From: Thermoanaerobaculia bacterium
GTDB taxonomy: Bacteria > Acidobacteriota > Thermoanaerobaculia > Multivoradales > Multivoraceae
Length of the DNA: 64,000 bases
Assembly (NCBI GenBank): GCA_963664405.1
Contig: OY761158.1
Coordinates: 2,976,001 to 3,040,000 of the forward strand
Direction of reading: 5' to 3'
Position numbers and translations under genes: made by a program. Positions 1 to 9,141 of the stretch are shown piece by piece. The notes below the pieces were generated by a model. It saw only the letters and a list, made by a program, of their open reading frames with translations. It was not told the origin of the DNA and did no database searches. The stretch's first letter is position 1. Every line of letters starts with the position of its first letter.

Positions 1-2
1 CC

Positions 3-881
3 GCTTTCGGCGACATCAGCGACGACGGCCTGCGCGATCACCCGGTTGGCGCCAAGGCTGGAAGATTCAGGATCCTCATGCTCGGTGACTCCATTGCCTA
101 CAACGGCGATCACATCGACGACACCTGGGTGGGACAACTACGCCTCGATCCGCGCATGCAGGGCAAGAACCTCGACGTCGTCAACGCCGCGGTACGCGGA
201 TACACCAACTACCAAGAGCTTCTCTACCTGAAGCGGGACGGTCTACGCCTGAGGCCGGACTTGGTCGGCATCGGCTTCGTGCTCAACGATCTACACCGAT
301 TCCTCACTGTGTTCCAAGTCGAGGACGGCAAGATCGTCCGCCATGCCTATGACTTCTCGCCGGACGCAGTCAATGCCACCGGCAGCGCGCTCTACCGGAC
401 TCTTCGCAAGAGCGTCTTCTTGGTGTGGCTGCGCCGGCGCCTGGAGGTCGTCGAGGCAAGTACGTTCCTGTCGGCAGGCCAAGGCTACTCCTTCGACTAT
501 CGGCCCGACTTTCTCACCGCCTGGCAGAACGAGCCCTGGCTTGACATCGAGGAGCAGCTCGCCGAAATGAGCGCGCTCGGCCGGACCCACGGCTTCGGCC
601 TGTTCCTCGTCGCCTTCCCCTTTGGCGATCAGTACGACGAGCACTACCTGAAGCGCGACCGCAAATACGTGCTGAAGCCACAGATCCGTCTTGCGGAGAT
701 CTGCATCCGCCATGCAATCCCAATGCTCGACCTCTACACGAAGCTCGACCCTGAGCAGCATCTGCAAAAGGACAAGATCCACCTGAACGCGAAAGGGCGC
801 GGTTTCGTCGCAGATACTGTCGCCGAGTTCCTCCTCGGAAGCGGTCTACTGCCGACCCCAGGAGGCGATACCGCGCCGTAG
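3..881 (+). CDS. SGNH/GDSL hydrolase family protein (5'-partial)
   Basis: Frame is open from the window edge (…DGLRDHPVGAKAGRFRILMLGDS). GDS block I, VVNAAVRGY block II, GFVLND block III, DKIHLN block V. Confidence 0.85.
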   Translation, partial: AFGDISDDGLRDHPVGAKAGRFRILMLGDSIAYNGDHIDDTWVGQLRLDPRMQGKNLDVVNAAVRGYTNYQELLYLKRDGLRLRPDLVGIGFVLNDLHRFLTVFQVEDGKIVRHAYDFSPDAVNATGSALYRTLRKSVFLVWLRRRLEVVEASTFLSAGQGYSFDYRPDFLTAWQNEPWLDIEEQLAEMSALGRTHGFGLFLVAFPFGDQYDEHYLKRDRKYVLKPQIRLAEICIRHAIPMLDLYTKLDPEQHLQKDKIHLNAKGRGFVADTVAEFLLGSGLLPTPGGDTAP

Positions 882-1033
882 CCAGCCCCAGCGCAGATAA
901 AGCGCAGGTAATAGGCGTCGACTCTGGGCACAGCTGCGCGGAGAAAGGGCGCTTGCGCTCTGCTAGACTCGATCGGTTCTTTCCCCTTCGCGCGCCGGGC
1001 GAGTGGCGAGCAAGAACCGGAGCTCCTGAGCCC

Positions 1034-1789
1034 ATGGCAGACATGAACCACGATGAGATCTTCTCCGGGACGGTAGCCAGGGCCAGCGACTTCGAGTTCA
1101 ACGAGGAAGTCGCGCAGGTCTTTGACGACATGCTCGCTAGAAGCATCCCCTTCTACCTCGAGCAACAGGGCCTGATCCAGGAAATCGCGCGCAGGTTCTG
1201 GGTGCCAGGCACGCGTGTCTACGATCTGGGGTGCTCCACCGCCACGACTCTCAGTCTTCTCGCCAAGACCCTCGGTGCCAAAGCGCGACTCGTGGGCTAC
1301 GATAGTTCACCGCCCATGCTCGAGAAGGCCCGTGAGAAGGTCGACGCTGCCGGCGTCGGCAAGCAGATCGACCTGCACTTCGGTGACCTTAACGGAGACC
1401 TGTCCAGCCTCGAGCTCGAAAACGCGAGCGTCGTCACCCTGTGCTGGACCCTCCAATTCGTACGGCCGCTGCAGCGGGATCGTCTGATCCGCTGGATCTA
1501 CGACGGCCTCGTCGACGGCGGCGTGCTCATCGCCTGCGAGAAGATCCTCACCAACGATTCCAATATGAACCGCTTCTTCATCGAGTTCTACTACGACTAC
1601 AAGAAGCGCAACGGCTACAGCGACGACGAGATCCTGCGCAAGCGCGAGTCGCTGGAGAACGTTCTCGTGCCCTATCGTGTCGACGAGAATTTCGACCTGT
1701 TCCGGCGCAACGGCTTCGCCACTGCCGAGACCTTCTTCCAGTGGTACAACTTCGCCGGCTTCCTCTGCGTCAAGCGCGGCGCACCCTAG
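1034..1789 (+). CDS. cmoA: Carboxy-S-adenosyl-L-methionine synthase (CmoA-like)
   Basis: DFEFNEEVAQVFDDMLARSIPFY, YDLGCS, TLQF, KRESLENVL and WYNFAG match CmoA signatures. ATG at 1034 preferred over the TTG at 953. Confidence 0.8.
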   Translation: MADMNHDEIFSGTVARASDFEFNEEVAQVFDDMLARSIPFYLEQQGLIQEIARRFWVPGTRVYDLGCSTATTLSLLAKTLGAKARLVGYDSSPPMLEKAREKVDAAGVGKQIDLHFGDLNGDLSSLELENASVVTLCWTLQFVRPLQRDRLIRWIYDGLVDGGVLIACEKILTNDSNMNRFFIEFYYDYKKRNGYSDDEILRKRESLENVLVPYRVDENFDLFRRNGFATAETFFQWYNFAGFLCVKRGAP

Positions 1790-1800
1790 AAGAAGCCGCG

Positions 1801-2604
1801 GTGAAGCTCCGCGACCGCGCCATCGAGGCCGCCAAGGCCCACCTTCCTGCCGCTCTCCGCGATCGCGTCGTTCGACTGCAGAGACGCTTTGGCCTGCAGT
1901 GGCCCCGGACCGGTAGCGTTCGCTTCGGTAGCTTCCGACGTACCTCCCCTATCAGCCCGATCTTCGGCCTGGATCGCGGTCCACCCATCGACAGGTACTA
2001 CATCGAGAGCTTCCTTGCCGCCCACGCGGAGGACATCCGCGGCCGAGCCCTCGAGATGGGGGACGCCTTCTACATCAAGAAATTCGGCGGGCCGAAGGTC
2101 GAGAGAGTCGACGTGCTCCACCTCGTCGAAGGCAACCCAGAGGCGACCCTGGTGGCCGACCTCAGCCGCGCTGACCACCTCGCCTCCGATGCTTTCGATT
2201 GCATCATCTTCACCCAATCGCTGCAGATGATCTACGACATGCGAGCGGCGATGCGCCACCTCCACCGCATGCTCAAACCCGGCGGTGTGCTTCTGCTCAC
2301 CTCCCACGGCACCAGTAAGATCGGTCGCCGACTCGGACGCGACGACTGGGGAGAATACTGGCGCATCACCGTCCAGGGAGCGCAAGCGCTGCTGGCCGAG
2401 ACCTTTCCCGAGGCCGAAGTAGAGGTCAGCTCACACGGCAACGTACTCGCGGCTGTGAGCTTCCTTCACGGTCTTTCCGCCAACGAGCTCACCCCGGCCG
2501 AGCTCGACCACTCCGACCCGGACTTCGAGATCGTGGTGACGGCGAGGGCCGTAAAGAGGAGCCGTCAAGGGGTTGTCAGCAGCCAGCGGGCGGCGACACA
2601 ATAG
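1801..2604 (+). CDS. Class I SAM-dependent methyltransferase (glycan-cluster type)
   Basis: FGLDRGPPIDRYYIESFL, ALEMG, FDCIIFTQSLQMIYD, LKPGGVLL. GTG start 11 bp after the cmoA stop. Confidence 0.8.
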   Translation: MKLRDRAIEAAKAHLPAALRDRVVRLQRRFGLQWPRTGSVRFGSFRRTSPISPIFGLDRGPPIDRYYIESFLAAHAEDIRGRALEMGDAFYIKKFGGPKVERVDVLHLVEGNPEATLVADLSRADHLASDAFDCIIFTQSLQMIYDMRAAMRHLHRMLKPGGVLLLTSHGTSKIGRRLGRDDWGEYWRITVQGAQALLAETFPEAEVEVSSHGNVLAAVSFLHGLSANELTPAELDHSDPDFEIVVTARAVKRSRQGVVSSQRAATQ

Positions 2605-2632
2605 GCGACCATCAGCAGGAGGCATTACTTGT

Positions 2633-3280
2633 ATGCACGAGCTAGACGCACTATTCAAGACGGAGACCGCTCCCGTTCAGGGCGAGCCCTTTCCCCACAT
2701 CGTCGTCGACGACTACTTTCGCGCCGACTTCTTCCACGATCTCAAGGAGCAGTTCCCTCAGATCCCCGCCAACGACCGGCCCAAGAACTGGGCCCGCTCA
2801 CTCTATTGGGGCGATTCCACCTACGAAGAGACCCTCTCCGCACGCCCCGCATGGCAGCAGCTCTTCGACGCCGTGCACAGCCAAGCTTTCGTGGACTACG
2901 TGCTGCGTCAATTCAAGGACCTCTGGCACAGCGAGGGCTGCACCATTTCGCTAGAGGACGCCCGATTCATCTCCTTCTGCGAGACCCGGAAGGACAAGGA
3001 GCAGAAGCACCTCACCGAGGGCGAGCACGAGCCCCACGAGATTTGGTCGAGACTCGACCTCTACCAGGCGTGGCCCGGCTACCGGCGAACGGCTCACCTC
3101 GACCATCGACGTCGTCTGATCTCGATGCTGGTCTATTTCGACGACCAGAAAGAGATCAAGATGAGCGGCGGGGAGCTGACTCTCCATACATCCAGCCTCG
3201 ATCTGGAGCTGCTCGAGCGGCTCGGTGCCTATCAGGCTCCCTGGGCCCTCTCCGAGGCACGCTCCCTCTGGTCGAAATTC
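2633..3280 (+). pseudogene. 2OG-Fe(II) oxygenase, C-terminally truncated or chimeric
   Basis: PFPHIVVDDYF, HLD iron motif followed by LISMLVYF, GGELTL. Similarity ends near 3280, where pyruvyltransferase-like sequence begins in frame. Confidence 0.65.
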
Positions 3281-3824
3281 TCCAACGTCTCCAACACCGG
3301 CTGCCCGACCTTGTGGCGTCTCACCCCGGAGCACTGCAAGAGCATTCCGCGAAGGAAGGGGGCACGGGTCGTCACCACTCTCAACTAGCTATCTTCCCGA
3401 TCCTGCCGCCGATCTCCGCATGCTCGAGATACTCGCTGCCTCTTACGAGCAGGTTCGGCTCTGGATTCAGACCCCGGCGGACCTGGACTACTCACGCAGC
3501 CTCGTCGCGGGACTTTCCTACCTCGACCCCAGTGTAGAGGCTCTCGACCGCGAGCTCGCCAACGACAATGACCTCGACTACGTCGGCGTCCGTCTGCACG
3601 CCGGCATCAGGGCACTCCAGCACGGGCGCCGAGCGCTGATCCTCGCGATCGATAATCGCGCCACGATGGTGGGTCGGGACTTCGGTTTTCCGACCGTCCC
3701 CCGTCACGCTTTCGAGCAGATCAGCAACCGTATCCACAGCGACCCGCCGTTGCAGCTCCAACTCCCCCTACGATGCCATCGAAGAATGGCGGGCACATAT
3801 CCGAGGCCTCGAGGACAAAGTTGA
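3281..3824 (+). pseudogene. Polysaccharide pyruvyl transferase, C-terminal half (frameshifted)
   Basis: NVSNTGCPTLWRLTPEHC…; after a frameshift near 3385, DYVGVRLHAGIRALQHGRRALILAIDNRA. No N-terminal half present. Confidence 0.7.
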
Positions 3825-5137
3825 TGGCTGAGAGGCTCGAGGTCGCGCTTGTCACTACCTTCTATCCTCCCCACCACTTCGGCGGGGACGCGTTGTTCGT
3901 ACGGGCCCTAGCGCACACTCTCGCCCGCCAGGGTCATCACGTCGACGTTATCTATGACGTCGATGTGTTTCGCTCGCTGAGCGGCAGCCCAGACCTTGAG
4001 CCTCTGCCCGAGCCCCCAGGTGTACGCGTCCACCGTCTCAACAGTCGCTTCGGACGCCTCTCGGTCCTTGCTACCCAGCAAGTGGGCCGCCCCGTCTTTC
4101 AAGGCCGCCGCATCCGCCAGATCCTCGAGGGGCAGCACTTCGACGTCATCCACTTTCACAACATATCCCTGCTCGGCGGCCCTTCCGTGCTCGCCTACGG
4201 TCACGGAATCAAGCTCTACACCACGCACGAGCACTGGCTCGTATGCCCGACCCATGTGTTGTGGCGGCACAATAGAGAGCTCTGTACTGAAAGAGAATGC
4301 CTGCGCTGCGTCATTCGCCACCGTCGGCCTCCCCAGCTGTGGAGATGGACCGGTCTCATCGAAAGAGCGGGGCAACACGTCGATGCCTTCTGCGCCCCCA
4401 CGCGCTTCACCGCGCGGAAGCACCGAGAGCTCGGCTTCCCTTTCGACATGGAGATCTTTCCCCATTTCCTCCCGAGCGCCGGGGGGGAAGAAGGAGTGGA
4501 GCCCGAGCCAGCTGAGAGTGGAATCGACTCTCCGTACTTTCTCTTCGCCGGGCGCCTCGAGGAGCTCAAGGGCCTGCAGGACGTGCTTCCCCACTTCACC
4601 GCCAGCTCCCCAGCTGAGCTGTTGATCGCGGGCTCCGGCAGTTACGAGCCTCGGCTGCGAGAACTGGCTGGAAGGCTGCCGCGGGTGCGATTTCTCGGAA
4701 ACTTGCCCTCACAGCGCATGCCGGCTCTGATCAGAGGAGCCCTGGCACTGGTCATGCCTTCTCTGTGTTTCGAGGTCTTTCCACTCGTCGTTCTGGAGGC
4801 CTTCCGCGAGGGCGTACCGGTCATCGCACGCCGCCTCGGCCCGCTACCGGAGCTTCTCGAGGAGGCCAACGGCGGCTTGTTGTTCGAGAACGCGGCAGAG
4901 CTGAAGCAAGCGCTCGACCGCCTCGCCGCCGACACCACCGAACGGCAGTGCCTCGGGGAGGCCGGCAGGAGGGCGTTTCTTCGCCTCTGGAGCGAGAAGG
5001 CCTTCCTCGAGCGCTACTACTCACTGGTCGAGCGCTTCGCCCGCCAGAGAGGAGCCCGCCTCACCCTAGAACGTCTTGCCGCCACTAGGGACCTCCGTGA
5101 CACCATGCCTGCCGTGGCTGACGAGACCACCCGGTGA
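3824..5137 (+). CDS. Glycosyltransferase family 4
   Basis: TFYPPHHFGG, DVIHFHN, THEHWLVCP, FAGRLEELKG, PSLCFEVFPLVVLEAF (EX7E). Confidence 0.9.
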   Translation: MAERLEVALVTTFYPPHHFGGDALFVRALAHTLARQGHHVDVIYDVDVFRSLSGSPDLEPLPEPPGVRVHRLNSRFGRLSVLATQQVGRPVFQGRRIRQILEGQHFDVIHFHNISLLGGPSVLAYGHGIKLYTTHEHWLVCPTHVLWRHNRELCTERECLRCVIRHRRPPQLWRWTGLIERAGQHVDAFCAPTRFTARKHRELGFPFDMEIFPHFLPSAGGEEGVEPEPAESGIDSPYFLFAGRLEELKGLQDVLPHFTASSPAELLIAGSGSYEPRLRELAGRLPRVRFLGNLPSQRMPALIRGALALVMPSLCFEVFPLVVLEAFREGVPVIARRLGPLPELLEEANGGLLFENAAELKQALDRLAADTTERQCLGEAGRRAFLRLWSEKAFLERYYSLVERFARQRGARLTLERLAATRDLRDTMPAVADETTR

Positions 5138-6603
5138 CGGAGGGCCGCAGGCTAGTACGGGGCTTCCTCGCTCTCTCCGGCGGCGAGATCGTCGCCAAGC
5201 TCGTGGGCTTCGCTGCTTTCGCCTACCTGGCGAGGGTCCTGGGCCCCGAGTCCTATGGAGCCGTGGAGCTCGCGGTTGCCGTTTCTCTCTTCTTCACCCT
5301 GATCATCGACTTCGGGCTCGGCCCGATCGGCGCCAGGGAGGTTGCCCGCGACGCCGGCCGAGTGCCAGAGCTCGCAGCGAGTGTGCCGACCCTCCGCACC
5401 CTCCTGGCCATCCTGGCCGTAGCTGCGATGTGGCTCGTTCCAGAGGCCCTCGACGCCTCGAGCGCGACCGCCAATCTCATCCGTCTCTACGCGATGGCAC
5501 TCTTCGGTGCCGCTTGGGTACAGCGGTGGCTCTTTCAGGGCCTGGGCATGATGATCTGGGTATCCGCCGGCCGGGTTGTCCGCACCCTTGTCTTCGCAGC
5601 CGCCGTCTTCATCCTGGTGCGAAGGCCGGAGCAACTCCTGAGCGTCGGAGTCGCAGAAGTCGCTGCCGCCGCCGCCGTAGCTCTCTACTATCTCGGAGCC
5701 CAACACCTCTGCGTCACTCCGCTCCACTTTGGCGCCCCCCCTCACGCCCTCGTCAATCTTCTCCGCGAAAGTCTGCCGCTGGGCATCAGCCAGGCTCTCT
5801 GGGCACTCAACCAGTACTTTCCCACCCTGGTGGTGGGCGCCCTCGCACCGCCGCCGGGGCGCGAATTGGCCTGGTTCGGAGCTGCCCAACGCGTTGCTGT
5901 GTCTCTGGCCAGCTTCAGCTGGATGTACCACTTCAACCTCTTTCCGAGCCTGTCGCGGCGGCTCGGCGAATCGAAGCTCGCCTACGAGCGTCTCGCGCAG
6001 AGCTCTTTTCGAGTCTGCGCGTGGGGCGGCATTTTCATCGCCCTCGTAGTGACGCTCTTAGCCACACCTCTCTGTCGACTCCTGTTCGGAGCCGGCTTTG
6101 ACGCAGCTGGCTCGAGCCTCGCCATCGTCATCTGGACGGTACCCATCTCCCTGCTCTCCGGTCACGCACGCTGGGCCCTGATCGCGGCACAGGAGCAGCA
6201 GGGAGTGCTCGTCGCACAGGCGGCCGGCGCCGCCACCACCCTGGCGATGGCCCTCCTCCTCGCTCCGCGCTGGGGAGCCATCGGCGCCGCCACTGCGATG
6301 GTGGTGTCAGTGTTCGTAATCTGGCTCGTTTCCCATCGCCTCGCCCAGCGGCGGGTCGCGACCGTCCCTTTTCTCGCCGCGACGGCAAAGCCTGCGGGGG
6401 TCGCGCTAGTGGCAATGGTCCTGGCGAGCGCAGCCACATCGCACCCTCCCGCCGTAGCAGCGATCGCGGCATTCGCCTACCTCGGCGGGGCCGCGATTGT
6501 CGACCGCACACTGCTCCGCGACCTCGCGCGGCTCCTTGGTGAGATCAGAGGCGAAGAACCTCAGCCGCCGGAAGCGCACATCGCTCCCGGGCGACGCGAC
6601 TGA
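5134..6603 (+). CDS. Wzx-type polysaccharide flippase (MOP family)
   Basis: YLARVLGPESYG, DFGLGPIGAREVAR, many TM segments, PRWGAIGAA. GTGA overlap with the GT4 gene. Confidence 0.85.
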   Translation: MTEGRRLVRGFLALSGGEIVAKLVGFAAFAYLARVLGPESYGAVELAVAVSLFFTLIIDFGLGPIGAREVARDAGRVPELAASVPTLRTLLAILAVAAMWLVPEALDASSATANLIRLYAMALFGAAWVQRWLFQGLGMMIWVSAGRVVRTLVFAAAVFILVRRPEQLLSVGVAEVAAAAAVALYYLGAQHLCVTPLHFGAPPHALVNLLRESLPLGISQALWALNQYFPTLVVGALAPPPGRELAWFGAAQRVAVSLASFSWMYHFNLFPSLSRRLGESKLAYERLAQSSFRVCAWGGIFIALVVTLLATPLCRLLFGAGFDAAGSSLAIVIWTVPISLLSGHARWALIAAQEQQGVLVAQAAGAATTLAMALLLAPRWGAIGAATAMVVSVFVIWLVSHRLAQRRVATVPFLAATAKPAGVALVAMVLASAATSHPPAVAAIAAFAYLGGAAIVDRTLLRDLARLLGEIRGEEPQPPEAHIAPGRRD

Positions 6604-6625
6604 CCAGAAGAAAGGGAGTTAAAGC

Positions 6626-6680
6626 ATGACTACAGCCGACACTGTCCGGGTCGAGAAGGCGGGTCCCGTCACCACCGTAT
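6626..6680 (+). pseudogene. Possible N-terminal fragment of a crotonase/enoyl-CoA hydratase
   Basis: RBS (AAAGGGAG) then MTTADTVRVEKAGPVTTV, which resembles crotonase N-termini. The resemblance stops after about 18 codons. Confidence 0.35.
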
Positions 6681-6865
6681 TGCCTCGCTTCTTGTCCTAC
6701 CGGCGCCAAGGCCTCTTCGCCCACGACAACAATCGTCATGCGCTTGCAAAGGGCATACGTGGCTGCGCAGTGTCTGGGTCCGGTAGACTTCGACAGTGCC
6801 CTCCGGGCGGAATAGTGTTCGGGACCCACGTCGTGGAAGACTGAGACTCCTCCAACGGTTGCAAC

Positions 6866-7851
6866 GTGAAGCTCGTCATCCAGATTCCCTGCCACAACGA
6901 GGCTGGAACGCTGGCCGCCACGATTGCTGACTTGCCACGCCACCTTCCTGGAGTCGACGAGATCGAGCTCCTGGTGATCGATGACGGCAGCGACGATGGC
7001 ACCGGCGAGGTGGCGAGGCTCAACGGTGTCCACCACGTTGTCCGACACCGGGCGCGTCGAGGACTCGCCCACTCTTTCGTGACCGGCCTCGAACGCTCAC
7101 TGGAGCTGGGCGCCGACGTCATCGTCAATACGGATGGGGACAACCAGTACCGTGGTCCTGACGTCCACGTCTTGAGCGAACCGATCCTCGCGGGACGATG
7201 CGACATGGTCATTGGCGATCGCGGCGTCGCGAAGGTCGAATCTTTCTCTGTCGCGAAACGGCTGCTGCAGCGTCTCGGCAGCCGTGTGGTCGGAGCGGCG
7301 GCCGGCCTCGACATGCCACGAGCGGCTTCCGCGCCCTGAGCCGCACGGCGGCACTCCAAACTCTGGTCCTCAGCGACTACTCCTACACCCTCGAGACTCT
7401 GATCCAGGCAGGCAGCGCCAGGCTCGCCGTCGAATTCGTGCCGGTGAGAGTGAACCGCCCGACTCGGCCGTCTCGAGTCATGAAGAGCACTTGGCATTAT
7501 GTTCGTAGCTCCGCCGCTACCATCATTCGGTCCTACTCGATGTATCGGCCGCTTCGCATCTTCACGACCCTGGGTGTCATCATCATCGCCCTTGGCCTGA
7601 TCCCTGGCTTCCGCTACCTCTACTTCATGTCGATCGGCGAGAGAGTCGGTCACGTACAATCCCTGATACTCGGCGCCATCATGCTGATCGTCGGCTTTCA
7701 GATTCTCCTCATCGGGCTGGTCGCCGATCTCATTCGCTTCAATCGCAAGATCCTCGAGGAGAACCTCCTCCGCCTCCGACGGCTGGAGCTCGATCATCGG
7801 CAACGAGCGCAGATGGAGGCGGAGAAGACTCCGGCCACGACTCCCGGGTGA
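6866..7851 (+). CDS. Glycosyltransferase family 2, DPM1-like with C-terminal TM helices (frameshift near 7320)
   Basis: [26 protein letters not shown] in one frame; [18 protein letters not shown] and TM helices in the next frame. Confidence 0.85.
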
Positions 7852-7942
7852 ACCACGTGAAGGCTCTCGGCCCCCGCATCCGCCTCCTTGTACGAATCGG
7901 GCTTCCCCGCGGTGATGATGACGGGCTCGGGCTTGGCGAGGA

Positions 7943-8265
7943 ATGAGTCCTACGGTCATTGTCGGAGGTGGGCCCGCCGGCTTGACCGCGGCTTGGGAGC
8001 TTGCCAAGTTGGGCCTTCCCGCGGTCGTCCTTGAGAAGGACCCGGTGGTGGGCGGAATCGCTCGCACTGTCAACTACAAGGGATACCGCTTCGATCTGGG
8101 CGGCCACCGCTTCTTCACCAAGGTCGAGCTGATTCGCCGCATCTGGGAGGAGATCCTGGGTGATGACCTTCTGGAACGCCCGCGTCTGTCGCGGATCTAC
8201 CATCAGAACCATTTTTTCGACTATCCTCTGCGCCCCTTGAACGCCCTCGCCGGGCTCGGCCCGGT
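7943..8265 (+). pseudogene. FAD-dependent oxidoreductase (HemY/UGM-like), N-terminal fragment
   Basis: VIVGGGPAGLTAA, VGGIART, RFDLGGHRFFTK, SRIY…FFDYPL. Similarity stops at about residue 108. Confidence 0.75.
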
Positions 8266-8414
8266 TGGCGCCCAGGTTGATCAGTTTCTCTTCCTCGGGC
8301 TGGGGCTATCCCGGCTTCGGCTACGGTGGCGGCTATCGACCGCCGCCGATCTACATCCCGTCCGCGCCCGTTGCCACTCAGTTCTGATCGACCTTGCTTC
8401 AGCCGCCAACGCGG

Positions 8415-8768
8415 TCACTCGCTCTGCGCCCTGGAGGAGCTGTACTTGCCGACCAGCATGGCCAGAATCACCGCGACGTAGAGCTGGCCCGTCACTCCCA
8501 TGAGGGTGGCCAACGACTTGCTGACCGGGGCTGTAGGCAGCAGATCGCCATACCCCAGGGTGGTGAAGGTCACGAAGGCGTAGTAGGTGAAGTCAGATGA
8601 CTTCTCGGCAACCTGCCCTTTAGTGGCGAGGTCCGCAGAAAAATCGGAGGCATCAGGGTAGTAGGCCGCCACCAGTGTCACGAGTAGGGAGAACGTCAGA
8701 CCCAGAAGCAAGTATCCATTGACGGATTCGACGATGAGGCGCGCCGTGACCCGTTTCGTCAGCGCGAT
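8415..8768 (-). pseudogene. Two-TM potassium channel (Ion_trans_2), 5'-truncated
   Basis: YYAFVTFTTLGYGDLLP selectivity-filter motif and GQLYVAVILAMLVG. The frame is open upstream to an in-frame TAG inside CTAG at 8769-8772. Confidence 0.8.
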
Positions 8769-9141
8769 CTAGCTGATGCACAGAAGCTTCGTCGAAGAGC
8801 TTTCAGCGCACGACCTTGAGATTCCCCTGAGCCACTCGCAGCGATCGTCTTTCCGCCAAGTCGGGTCTCCAACCCGCTTTTCTTGACGTCGAGTATGCGA
8901 CGCACGAGTGGGTCCACTAGTACAACACTGGGCGGCTCTTGGAGCCGATCGGCCTCGTTCCGCCTGTCGAGGCACGAACAGAACTACTATCGACAGCAGA
9001 AACTCATGCGCGTAGCAGCGGGATTCAACTAATTCGGTCTCCGGAAGAATTCCCGGAGCGATTCAGTCACGTCCTGGCACTCGGATGACCACGATCTACG
9101 TTCTACACTCTAGAAGGACGAAATCCGTCCTCTCTAGCTAG

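Noticed and set aside
8773-9109. Lower-GC non-coding stretch as an integron attC site or ncRNA
   Set aside because: No convincing paired core sites, integrase, or promoter-terminator pair could be identified by eye.
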